A stretch of DNA of 62,259 bases. Source: Microlunatus sp. GTDB taxonomy: Bacteria > Actinomycetota > Actinomycetes > Propionibacteriales > Propionibacteriaceae. The notes beneath the pieces were generated by a model. The model searched no databases, was not told the DNA's origin, and saw only the letters and a program-made list of their open reading frames with translations. This document shows, in pieces, positions 9,456 through 18,111 of this stretch. Numbering within the stretch: the stretch's first letter is position 1; the number at the start of each line of letters is the position of its first letter. The stretch lies in the NCBI GenBank assembly GCA_030452945.1, contig JAKDLH010000001.1, forward strand, positions 1 through 62,259. Reading direction: 5' to 3'. Position numbers and translations under genes: made by a program.

Positions 9456-9883
9456 AGGCGGCCCCCGGAGACGTCGACGGCAAAGCGGTGCGAGCAGGAC
9501 GGGCAGGTGAGCGCCGCGCGCGTGTGACCCTCGGTGTTGATCCGCCGGTAGAGATCCTGCAGAAAGGCCAGATCGGCCGCGAACAGGTCCTCCACCACTC
9601 CGGCGTGCACGTCGGTGATGGTCCCGATTCTGGTGATCACCCGCGCGAGTAGCACAACCGTCAGATAGGCCTGATTCTCCCGCACCCGATCGTCTCGGAG
9701 TGGAACAAGCTCGTCCCGCGCGGTCGCCAGCCGCATGCTGCCCTCGCGATGCACCGTGCCGTTGCCGTCCACGTAGCCTCGCGGCAGTACGAACGAGAAC
9801 TCGGTGATGAACGGCTCGGGCCGGACGGTCTCGCTCGGCACGTCCCGGTCGGTGATCATCTCCGCCAGCGAGCCGCGCCGCAT
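9446..9883 (-). CDS. Putative tail assembly chaperone of the CIS
   Basis: TEFSFVLPRGYVD...MRLATARDE...DLFAADLAFLQDLYRRIN...CPSC...GGRLGE*. Directly follows the tube gene with a TGATG overlap. Confidence 0.8.
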   Translation of the reverse strand: MRRGSLAEMITDRDVPSETVRPEPFITEFSFVLPRGYVDGNGTVHREGSMRLATARDELVPLRDDRVRENQAYLTVVLLARVITRIGTITDVHAGVVEDLFAADLAFLQDLYRRINTEGHTRAALTCPSCSHRFAVDVSGGRLGE

Positions 9884-10326
9884 CACTCCACCTCGATGCT
9901 CTCGCAGGTCAGCACCAGCTTCTCCGACAGGTAAGAGGAATCGCCGGCCTTCAGCGTGCCGACCTCCAAGCTCTTCGGCCAAGCGTTGGTGAGCTTGTAG
10001 CGTTTGACGGCATTGCCCTCGAAGTCGAAGACGATGATCGCTCCGCCGCGACGCACGTCGGCCATCTTGCCGAACCGGCTGTCCTTGATCCACTTCTCAA
10101 AGCTGTTGTCGGAGGTCAGGCCGCGGGTCAGGGTCACGTCCGGGGCCTTCGGCCGGCCGGGCAGCCGGCGTAGCTGGTACTTGCCGTCGGGGCCGTTCTC
10201 CTTGAACTCGACCACATCCTGCTCCATCTTCAAGCCGGCCACCTCGGTGATCGACTTGATCGTGATGCCGTCGAACTCCAGGCCGAACGAGTGACCGACG
10301 CTGCTGTCACCTTCTGGAAGGGCCAT
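9883..10326 (-). CDS. Phage tail tube protein (T4 gp19-like), major tube
   Basis: ITEVAGLKME, LPGRPK, VTLTRG, RYKLTNAWPK. Confidence 0.92.
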   Translation of the reverse strand: MALPEGDSSVGHSFGLEFDGITIKSITEVAGLKMEQDVVEFKENGPDGKYQLRRLPGRPKAPDVTLTRGLTSDNSFEKWIKDSRFGKMADVRRGGAIIVFDFEGNAVKRYKLTNAWPKSLEVGTLKAGDSSYLSEKLVLTCESIEVE

Positions 10327-10377
10327 CGGGCGTTCCTTTCTTCTGCTCTTCTGACGATTCAGCGTGGTTGATGGTGA

Positions 10378-11934
10378 CTACTCGCTCACCAGCGAGGTGC
10401 CGCCGGAGAACTGGGCGAGACGGAAGATGACGAACTCGGCCGGCTTGACCGGGGCGACGCCGATCTCGCACACCACCTGCCCGGCGTCGATTCCTTCGCT
10501 CGGGTTGGTCTCGGAGTCGCACTTGACGTAGAACGCCTCGTCGGGGGTGCTGCCGAACAAGGCGCCGGCCCGCCACTCGTTGACCAGGAAGGCGGCGATG
10601 GTCCGCCGGATCTTGGCCCACAGCGCCTCGTCGTTGGGCTCGAACACCACCCAGTTGGTGCCGTTGAGAATCGTCTCCTCCAGGTAGTTGAAAAGCCGGC
10701 GGACGTTGAGGTAGCGCCAAGCCGGGTCGGAGGACAGCGTGCGGGCGCCCCAGACCCGGATGCCTCGTCCGGGGAACGCCCGGATGCAGTTGATGCCGAC
10801 CGGATTCAGCAGGTCATGCTCGTTGCGGGTGATGTTGAGTTCCAGATCCACCGCACCGCGGACCACCTCGTTGCCGGGTGCCTTGTGCACTCCACGGGTG
10901 TCGTCGTTGCGGCCCCAGATGCCGGCGAGGTGACCGGAGGGGGGCAGGAACGCCAACAGCCCGCTGAGCGGATCCATGGTCTGCACCCACGGCCAGTACA
11001 AGGCGGCGTACATGGAGTCGTACCGCGCCTTGTCGACTCGCCACTCCTTGATCTGCTGGGCGTTCAACCCGGGCGGCGGATCGAGGATGGCGATCCGGTC
11101 GCCCATCAGTTCGCAGTGGGCGATCATGGCCGTCTGCACCGCTTGCACGGTGTCGAGGTCAATGGCGCCTTGCTGGTAGGCGCTCATCAGATCGGGCACA
11201 CACAGCATGGTCACCTCGTCGACGGCCTCCAGACCGGCGAAACCCGTACGATCGGCGACATCGCCCACGTAGTCTTCGGCGCTGAGCCTCGTCGACGGCA
11301 GGGCGGCGGCGGCCGGTGGCGCCACCAGGGCGGTCTCGGAGTTGGGGAGCCGTTCCAGACTCCCGCTGGATGTCTCCTCCAGGTTGACCAGGGTGGAGGT
11401 CGTGTTGACCAGGGTGACGACGTTCTGCTTCCCACGGCCCAGCGTGGCACCGTCGAATTCCTCGGCGACCTGTCCGTTGCGTTTCACCACCACCTTGAAC
11501 GCCTCTGCCGATGGACTGTCACCCCCGGGATCGGTGATCTCCACGCTGACCTCGCCGGGCTCGACTCCGGGGTCGATCGCGGTCGCCTTGATCCGGCCGA
11601 TCTGTGCGGTCGGTCCCGAGGCGAGCTGCTTGGCTCGAGCGCTGCGGGGAGCGGGCCCGCTGGGTCCGGGATCTTGACCGATCCGCACGATGTAGCAGTT
11701 GCCGCCACCGTTCATGAAGTACCCGTACACGGACTGGGCCAGGTAACTGCCGGAGATGAAACCACCGAAAGTGGTGGTGAACTGGGTCCAGTTGCTGACC
11801 AGAGTCGGCCGGTTGAACGGTCCGGACTCGGCCAGTCCGACGAACGCGGCCACGGCGGTGCCGGCGCCCTCGAGGGGTCGGGCGCCGGCGGCGACTTCCT
11901 CGACGTACACCCCTGGCGACTGGTAGGTCGGCAT
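10378..11934 (-). CDS. Contractile tail sheath protein
   Basis: PGVYVEE, GVHKAPGN, GINCIRAFPGRGIRVWGARTLS, WRYLNVRR, APVKPAEFVIFR. Confidence 0.97.
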   Translation of the reverse strand: MPTYQSPGVYVEEVAAGARPLEGAGTAVAAFVGLAESGPFNRPTLVSNWTQFTTTFGGFISGSYLAQSVYGYFMNGGGNCYIVRIGQDPGPSGPAPRSARAKQLASGPTAQIGRIKATAIDPGVEPGEVSVEITDPGGDSPSAEAFKVVVKRNGQVAEEFDGATLGRGKQNVVTLVNTTSTLVNLEETSSGSLERLPNSETALVAPPAAAALPSTRLSAEDYVGDVADRTGFAGLEAVDEVTMLCVPDLMSAYQQGAIDLDTVQAVQTAMIAHCELMGDRIAILDPPPGLNAQQIKEWRVDKARYDSMYAALYWPWVQTMDPLSGLLAFLPPSGHLAGIWGRNDDTRGVHKAPGNEVVRGAVDLELNITRNEHDLLNPVGINCIRAFPGRGIRVWGARTLSSDPAWRYLNVRRLFNYLEETILNGTNWVVFEPNDEALWAKIRRTIAAFLVNEWRAGALFGSTPDEAFYVKCDSETNPSEGIDAGQVVCEIGVAPVKPAEFVIFRLAQFSGGTSLVSE

Positions 11935-12046
11935 GCTCGCTCCTCTGCGCGGTGGTGGTGTGGGGCGGTCCGCGGAACGCCCTGCCTCTGCAAGTAAGGG
12001 TCCGCCGTCGTGCTCGTTGGTGACACGTCCGCACGGACCCGCGCTC

Positions 12047-12073
12047 AGGCAGTACCGACTGCCCGATCGGGCA
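12047..12073. promoter_or_regulatory. CIS operator-like motif, copy 1 (upstream of sheath)
   Basis: AGGCA GTACCGAC TGCCC GATC GGGCA. Confidence 0.65.
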
Positions 12074-12076
12074 GGC

Positions 12077-12811
12077 TTACGTGGCCGTCTCGTCCTCGGC
12101 TAGTTCGTCGGGGGAGGCGTCGCGCTGGACGAACAGGCCTTGGACCGCGGCGTCGCTGTCCTCTTCGAGATCATCGTCGGAGTCACGCTGCACCGACGGG
12201 GCCGCAGTCGGGGCAGCCATAACCCGCTCGGCGTTGGCGGCCGCGTCCTGCTCGAACCGGTCGCCGGGATCGGACACCCGGATTCCGCCCGGGGCCGGGG
12301 CGCCGTCGACGGGGCCGGATCGCTGCTGAATCACGTGCGTCAGTTCGTGCGCGAGCGTAAGGCGACCGGCTTCGGATCCGGGATCATAGCTGTCCCGTTG
12401 GAAGACCACGTCGGACCCGACGGTGTAGGCGTGTGCGTTCACCGCGCTCGCTGAGGCGGCGGCCGCGGAGTCGTCGTGGACGCGGACGTCGCTGAAGTCG
12501 GCACCCAGTCGTCCCTCCATGTCGGTGCGGACTTCCGCGTCCAGTGGTCGGCCACCGGAACCGATCACGTCATGCACCGGCGAGGAACGGTCGTCCGGCG
12601 CCTGCTCGTCCTCGAGGAGCTGGGTGACCGCTTCGTTGCCGGCCAGGCGCTGTAAATCGAGCGCGCCGGTCGGGCTGAGAACGTCGAGCCTCCCGGCGGC
12701 GGCCGCACGGGCCTGGACGTCGGTCAACTCGGCGTCGCGCTCGGTGTCGCTCAGGCGAGACGCGGGGGGGCGGAGCGGATCGATTCGTTCGTCGTGAGGG
12801 TGCTCGCGCAC
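12077..12811 (-). CDS. DUF4157 (eCIS core) domain protein with HExxH motif
   Basis: LQRLAGN, GRPLD...MEGRLGADFSDVRVH, AHAYTVG, LAHELTHVIQQ. GTG start placed after a GGAGG RBS. Confidence 0.9.
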   Translation of the reverse strand: MREHPHDERIDPLRPPASRLSDTERDAELTDVQARAAAAGRLDVLSPTGALDLQRLAGNEAVTQLLEDEQAPDDRSSPVHDVIGSGGRPLDAEVRTDMEGRLGADFSDVRVHDDSAAAASASAVNAHAYTVGSDVVFQRDSYDPGSEAGRLTLAHELTHVIQQRSGPVDGAPAPGGIRVSDPGDRFEQDAAANAERVMAAPTAAPSVQRDSDDDLEEDSDAAVQGLFVQRDASPDELAEDETAT

Positions 12812-12890
12812 GGCCGTGACCTCCGCTGGTGGGATCTCTGATTCACCTCGCAGCGTCCCACTCCAGTTGCCAGAAGGGCTAGGCCGGTCA

Positions 12891-12917
12891 GCGCAGATCA
12901 GCTTTCCCGATCGGGCA
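12891..12917. promoter_or_regulatory. CIS operator-like motif, copy 2 (upstream of DUF4157 gene)
   Basis: GCGCA GATCAGCT TTCCC GATC GGGCA. Confidence 0.6.
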
Positions 12918-13172
12918 ACGCATCCAACTTGGCTAGTTCTCAGGAACCCAACGGCCGGGCCGGCGCGGTGGTGCCGATGGCCAGTGCCCCGACGGCTAGC
13001 AGGGCGGCGCCCGCAAGTCCGCCGTGGTGGAGTTTGGCGGGAACCGGGCTCGGGATCGTCGCCGGATGTCCGCCACGGTGGAGATTCGCGAATCGGTGGT
13101 GGAGGAAAGCCCCACAGTGCGCTGGCGACAGGAGGGCTGCGCGAAAGAGCCATCTTCGCTAGCATCGCGGCG

Positions 13173-13691
13173 GTGACGACTCTTGTACTCACCGTGGTCG
13201 GTGATGATCGCGTCGGTCTGGTCAAGGCGCTGGCAGACGTGGTCTCCAGCAACGGTGGCAACTGGGAGCGCAGTCACCTCGCCGAACTCGCCGGGACCTT
13301 CGCCGGCGTCGTGCTGGTGACCGTCCCGGACCGGCGGGCTGAGCGCCTGCAAGCCGCGCTTGCCCCGCTCGACGGTCTGCTGGAGGTGTCGGTGCGTCAG
13401 ACCAGCCCCGAGTCGGCCCCGGTTGCTACCCGTCACGTCAAGCTGGAGTTGCTGGGCAACGACCGGCCGGGCATCGTCGCCGCCGTCTCCGGTCTTCTCG
13501 CGCAGCACAGCCTCCGGGTCGCGGAATTTCAGACCGCCACCCGCGAGGCCCCGATGGCCGGCGGGCTGTTGTTCGAGGCGAGCACGATCATCACGGCCGA
13601 CTCCGACGCCTCGCTTGCGGCGCTCCGCGCCGATCTCGAGCAACTGGCCAACGAGATCATGATCGACCTGTCTGTCGTCGAACTCACCTGA
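13173..13691 (+). CDS. Tandem ACT-domain protein (GcvR-like)
   Basis: LVLTVVGDDRVGLV...LELLGNDRPGIV...EAPMAGGLLF. Confidence 0.85.
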   Translation: MTTLVLTVVGDDRVGLVKALADVVSSNGGNWERSHLAELAGTFAGVVLVTVPDRRAERLQAALAPLDGLLEVSVRQTSPESAPVATRHVKLELLGNDRPGIVAAVSGLLAQHSLRVAEFQTATREAPMAGGLLFEASTIITADSDASLAALRADLEQLANEIMIDLSVVELT

Positions 13692-15777
13692 GCTGCGCGT
13701 AGTACCGGCCGAACTCTCGTTCCAGCACCAACCGTCCCAGCTTGCGGTACTCCTGCTCCACGGCGGTGATCACCTGTTGCATGGTGACCATGGTGCTCGC
13801 TCCGGCGGCCAGGTACGCGGCGGTGGTCGAGGCGGAACGGATGTTGCCGCCGGCCAGCTCGAAGGCCTCAGCCAGGAAGGCGAGATCCAGATCGTCGTCG
13901 ATCGGCAGCGGTGGCGCGAGGCACCGTTCCCACAAGGAGCGGCGCGCGTCGACGCTCGGGGACGGGAAGTCGATGATCGCGTCCAACCGGCGGACGAAGG
14001 CCTCGTCGATGTTGGATCGGAGGTTGGTCGCCAGCACGGCCAAACCGTCGAAGGTCTCCAGCCGCTGCAGCAGATAGGCGCTTTCGATGTTGGCGTAGCG
14101 ATCGTGGGCGTCCTTGACGTCACTCCGTTTCCCGAAGATCGCGTCCGCCTCGTCGAAGAACAGGACGGCGTTGACCCCGGCAGCCTCGGCGAAAATGCGC
14201 TCCAGGTTCTTCTCGGTCTCCCCGATGTACTTGTCCACCACGGTCGCCAGGTTCACGGTGTAGAGGTCGAGCCCGAGATCTCCGGCGATCACCTCGGCTG
14301 ACATCGTCTTCCCGGTGCCCGATTCGCCGGCGAACAGGGCGATCACCCCCCGGCCCCGGCCACCGCCTCGACGCATCCGCCACTGAGACAGGACCTGGTC
14401 GCGGTGCCGGGCTCGGACGGTGAGATCGGTGAGCGCGCGTCGTACCGCTGTCGGTAGCACCAGGTCGTCCCAGCCGACCTCGGGCTCGCTCCGCCGAGTC
14501 AGTCGCTCCAGCCCGGCGGCGTTCTGCGCTCGCACGCCACGGCGTAGATCATCAGCCGAGATGGTCCCCTCGCCGAGCAAGGCTGAAGTCGCCGCCGTCT
14601 CCACCGCTCGGCGAATCTGGGACGGACCGAGCGCCAGGTGAGTGACCAGGTGGGTGAGATCCCGACTCGGGGCCGCCTTGCCGACTCGGTTGAGCTCCCT
14701 TGTCCATTGCTGGGTCCGGTCCTCACCGACCAGACTCGGTGCCTCGACCACGACCGGATGCCTGACCGACCACAGTGGATCCCAGGTCGCCGAGCCGCAC
14801 AGCAGCACGGGGATCTCCGCCTCGGACAGGATCGTGATCGTCTCGGGGTGGCTGGTGGCGATCTGTTCGACCGGCCAGGCGACGAGTCCTTCTCCACGCA
14901 GCAAGGCCTCCCGCACGGCTAGCCCGGCGGCGGCCGGCGGATCAGGCGAACGAGCCAGGCGAGCGAGGTCGATGGTGACGGCGCCCCGGCCGTCGGCCTC
15001 CAACGCTCCGACGGCGGTAGCCGGCCCCGAGCCGGAGCCACGCTCCATCAGGTAGTACAAGCGAACGCCTCTGGCCAGCGCCTGGGCGATGCGGTCCGAC
15101 CCGGGGCTGGCGAAACCGGCGATGGGGGTGATCAGGCCGAGCAGAGCGGGGTCGGCGGCGTCGTCGCCGAGCAGATGCGCTGTGACCCGGTCGGGGACCC
15201 GAAGTCCGCGGGTGAGCAGGGGTCGATCCGCGTCCTCGACGTTCAGCAGCGCGTGCCGAAGCAGCGGGCGACTCGCCTCCAGCCGACCTCGGGCGGCGCT
15301 GTCGAGTTCGCTCACCCCGGCCAGCTGCAGGGCCAACGCCACCGACGCTCGCCGCCGGGTCACGTCGTCGTTGAGATAGCCGTAGAGCCGTTCGAACCGG
15401 ACGTCCAGGTCGGGCAGCATGGCGATCACCAACAGCTCGACGTCCAAAGCCGTCAAACTGGCGTCGCGTGATAGCCGCAGCAGCCGGACATCCGTCCCGG
15501 TCGCGATCTGGTCTGCGGCGTCCCGTTCGACACGATCCAGCCCGGTCGAGTCCATGATCACCGAATCGCGATCGGTCGAATCGAGCAGCCCGGTGACCAC
15601 CTCCTCCGAGAGGTAGAGCCCACGAAAGGGATCGTCGGGATTCGGGTCATGGCGGCGCCGGGCGGCTACGAGTCGACGCAGCCGCTGCTCGACCAGCGAG
15701 GCTCGGCCGAGCAGGTGACGCAGCGAACCCGACTGGGCGGTCGACTGGGCGGCTGAGGCGAGGTCGCCGATCGTCAC
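13684..15777 (-). CDS. CIS AAA+ ATPase (Afp15/Pvc15-like)
   Basis: Walker A GESGTGKT, Walker B LFFDEAD, KYIGETEKNL, HDRYAN, YGYLNDDVTRR. Confidence 0.92.
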   Translation of the reverse strand: MTIGDLASAAQSTAQSGSLRHLLGRASLVEQRLRRLVAARRRHDPNPDDPFRGLYLSEEVVTGLLDSTDRDSVIMDSTGLDRVERDAADQIATGTDVRLLRLSRDASLTALDVELLVIAMLPDLDVRFERLYGYLNDDVTRRRASVALALQLAGVSELDSAARGRLEASRPLLRHALLNVEDADRPLLTRGLRVPDRVTAHLLGDDAADPALLGLITPIAGFASPGSDRIAQALARGVRLYYLMERGSGSGPATAVGALEADGRGAVTIDLARLARSPDPPAAAGLAVREALLRGEGLVAWPVEQIATSHPETITILSEAEIPVLLCGSATWDPLWSVRHPVVVEAPSLVGEDRTQQWTRELNRVGKAAPSRDLTHLVTHLALGPSQIRRAVETAATSALLGEGTISADDLRRGVRAQNAAGLERLTRRSEPEVGWDDLVLPTAVRRALTDLTVRARHRDQVLSQWRMRRGGGRGRGVIALFAGESGTGKTMSAEVIAGDLGLDLYTVNLATVVDKYIGETEKNLERIFAEAAGVNAVLFFDEADAIFGKRSDVKDAHDRYANIESAYLLQRLETFDGLAVLATNLRSNIDEAFVRRLDAIIDFPSPSVDARRSLWERCLAPPLPIDDDLDLAFLAEAFELAGGNIRSASTTAAYLAAGASTMVTMQQVITAVEQEYRKLGRLVLEREFGRYYAQLR

Positions 15778-16454
15778 GTCGTTCTCGTGATCGGGAAGCG
15801 GCGCCGTCTCATCGATACCCGCCCGCCGGGTTCGAACTCTTGATCGGCGAGATCGAACCCCACCTGTTCAGCTCGATCCTGCTGACCGGTGTCGGTGAGG
15901 TCGAACAGCGGCGGCTCGGTCACCGCCGGCCCCACCGAGAACTGCTGACCAGTGTCGATCGGGGTGATCACCACCACGTCGATCGAAGGCTTGAGCTCAC
16001 CGCCGAGGGCGGACCAAACGTCGGCGAAGCCTCGGTCCTCCGGCGGTGGCAGCCCGATGGTCAGCGGGACCGGCAGCTCGAGATCGCTCAGCGGGCCCGA
16101 CAGCACGTCGGTCGGCAGCGCGTCGTAGCGGAGGAAGGTGGCCAACAGCGCGGACAGCATCTGGTGCTCGTCCTCAGGCCGCTGAGTCCAGGCCGTGACC
16201 AGATAGGACAACTTGAAGTGCCGGGGCGGTAGATGCCGGGCCACGATGCGGGCCTGGTCGTCGTAGGTGTTGAGCACCCCGCGGGTACGGCGTCGCAGGT
16301 CCTCGCGAATGTCGTACAGATAGACGTCGACGGTCGGGGTGGTGCGCCGCCCGGCCCACTCCCGGGTCGGCGCGTCGAACACCACCTCGACGTCACGAAC
16401 GGCCGTATCGCGTTCGATCAAGGTGCGCAGCGCGGAGTCCACCTCATGGATCAC
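15774..16454 (-). CDS. DUF4255 / Pvc16-like tail terminator (cap) protein
   Basis: VDVYLYDIRED, LSYLVTAW, EDEHQMLS, WSALGGELKPS. Confidence 0.9.
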   Translation of the reverse strand: MIHEVDSALRTLIERDTAVRDVEVVFDAPTREWAGRRTTPTVDVYLYDIREDLRRRTRGVLNTYDDQARIVARHLPPRHFKLSYLVTAWTQRPEDEHQMLSALLATFLRYDALPTDVLSGPLSDLELPVPLTIGLPPPEDRGFADVWSALGGELKPSIDVVVITPIDTGQQFSVGPAVTEPPLFDLTDTGQQDRAEQVGFDLADQEFEPGGRVSMRRRRFPITRTT

Positions 16455-16510
16455 CCGTCCAGTGTGGGTGCGCGACCAGCCTCGGGGCAGCTGCAGGTGA
16501 GCTTCGACGA

Positions 16511-16537
16511 GGGCACAGCTGACTGCCCGATGGGGCA
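16511..16537. promoter_or_regulatory. CIS operator-like motif, copy 3 (divergent intergenic region)
   Basis: GGGCA CAGCTGAC TGCCC GATG GGGCA; perfect match to the consensus. Confidence 0.65.
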
Positions 16538-16578
16538 GTCTCGCGCCGCTGGGGCCAGAACCGCTCTAGCATTCGATC

Positions 16579-18105
16579 ATGGCGGACCCGTTGATCAGCC
16601 TGGATACCGAGCACGCGTTCGTGCAGCCCGGTGGGCAGGTACGGATCACCGTGACCGTCACCAACACCGGCACCCTGGTCGAGGGGTTCTGGCTGCAGGT
16701 GCTCGGACCGGCCGCCGCCTGGGCGGAGGTGGTACCGCCGGAGATCTCGGTCTACCCGCAGGCCGAGACCACAGCCGCCGTGATCGTGTCTCCTCCGTCG
16801 GACAGCAGTGCTGCCAGTGGTGTGCTGCCACTCGGGGTGTTGGCCAGCTCGACGCTGGACGAGACAATCAGCGCGGCGGCGGAGGCCGATCTCGAGGTCG
16901 GTGAGCTGAACGCCCTCCAGGCCAAGATCATCCCGGTCACCTCGACCGGTCGGTGGCGCGGCCGGCACGTCATCCAGCTCAGCAACTGGGGCAACTCATC
17001 CGCCCAGTTGCAGCTGGTCGCGTCGGACCCCGACGAGAAGCTCGGCTTCTATCTGAGTCCGAGCTACGTCGACCTGCCGCCCGGCGGGCTGGCGACCGTA
17101 CGGCTGTCCGCGCGGACCAAGCAGCCCTTCCTGCGTGGTATTCCGGTCCGGATCCCGTTCCAGGTGATCGGGGAGCCCCTGGACTCCGACACACAGCCGC
17201 CCGCGGCGACCCCGTACGGTGACCCCTCCCGGCCGGTGATCGACGCCGCGCTGAACCAGAAGCCGATCTTGTCCAAGACGATCGTGATCCTGGCGGTGCT
17301 GCTGATCGTCGGTATCGCCGCGTTGACCGCCTTCGTGCTCACCCGGCAGAGTGAGAACGCGACGCTGGCCAAACGAGGCTCGCCGCCCAAGGGTGTGCTG
17401 CGAGTGGTCTCGGTCACCCCGGACACCGTCACGCTCGGCTGGGACGGCGTCGAGCTCGCAGACCGCTACGACCTGCAGCAGGTCGATCCGGCAACCCAGG
17501 ACGTGATCAAGGTCGACCCGCTCGACGCGGCCCAGACCGGCACCACGGTCACCGGGTTGCTGCCGGACTCCGACGCCTGTTTCCGGCTCACGGTGACCCG
17601 GGGCGGCATCACCGGTGCGCCGTCGGATCTGGTCTGCACGAAGACGGCTACGGCCGTGACCACCCCGTCTCCTGCTCCGTCGGACGCCGCCGGCTCGGCT
17701 CCACCGAGCCCGCCGCCCACCGTGGCCTCGACCCCGGCCACGACACCGACACCCAGCTTCAGCCCCGGTGACCCCGTCACCGATCCGGTGATGCAGCAGA
17801 AGTGGATCGCCGTCGCGGCCGTGCTGCCGAAGTCCAGCAGGGCCGAGAGCGAGGCCGAGGACGTGGTGACCAACCTGGTTTCGGCGGGACTGCCCGCCAG
17901 CTACCTGGACAGCCAGTTCTATCCGCGAATGCTGATCCTCACCAGCACCCCGCCGCCGACCGCGCCGCCGTCCCTGGAGGAGTCCTGGATCGTGTTCGTC
18001 GGCCCGTTCCCCACCCAGCCCGACGCCGACGCGCAGTGCCCGATCATCACCGCGGCCACCGAGGATCCGTTCTGCGTCACCGCTCAACCCGACCCGCCCC
18101 AGTGA
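16579..18105 (+). CDS. CIS-associated bitopic membrane protein (Ig-like N-terminus, TM helix, FN3-like domain, Pro/Thr linker, SPOR-like C-terminus)
   Basis: VTVTNTG and LSNWGN beta motifs; TM IVILAVLLIVGIAALTAFVL; VTPDTVTLGW...YDL; WIVFVGPF. Confidence 0.75.
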   Translation: MADPLISLDTEHAFVQPGGQVRITVTVTNTGTLVEGFWLQVLGPAAAWAEVVPPEISVYPQAETTAAVIVSPPSDSSAASGVLPLGVLASSTLDETISAAAEADLEVGELNALQAKIIPVTSTGRWRGRHVIQLSNWGNSSAQLQLVASDPDEKLGFYLSPSYVDLPPGGLATVRLSARTKQPFLRGIPVRIPFQVIGEPLDSDTQPPAATPYGDPSRPVIDAALNQKPILSKTIVILAVLLIVGIAALTAFVLTRQSENATLAKRGSPPKGVLRVVSVTPDTVTLGWDGVELADRYDLQQVDPATQDVIKVDPLDAAQTGTTVTGLLPDSDACFRLTVTRGGITGAPSDLVCTKTATAVTTPSPAPSDAAGSAPPSPPPTVASTPATTPTPSFSPGDPVTDPVMQQKWIAVAAVLPKSSRAESEAEDVVTNLVSAGLPASYLDSQFYPRMLILTSTPPPTAPPSLEESWIVFVGPFPTQPDADAQCPIITAATEDPFCVTAQPDPPQ

Positions 18106-18111
18106 TGGATT

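Noticed and set aside
1240-11934. Prophage or T6SS
   Set aside because: No capsid, terminase, portal, integrase or TssJLM/ClpV-like genes; DUF4255, the Afp15-like ATPase and DUF4157 indicate eCIS.
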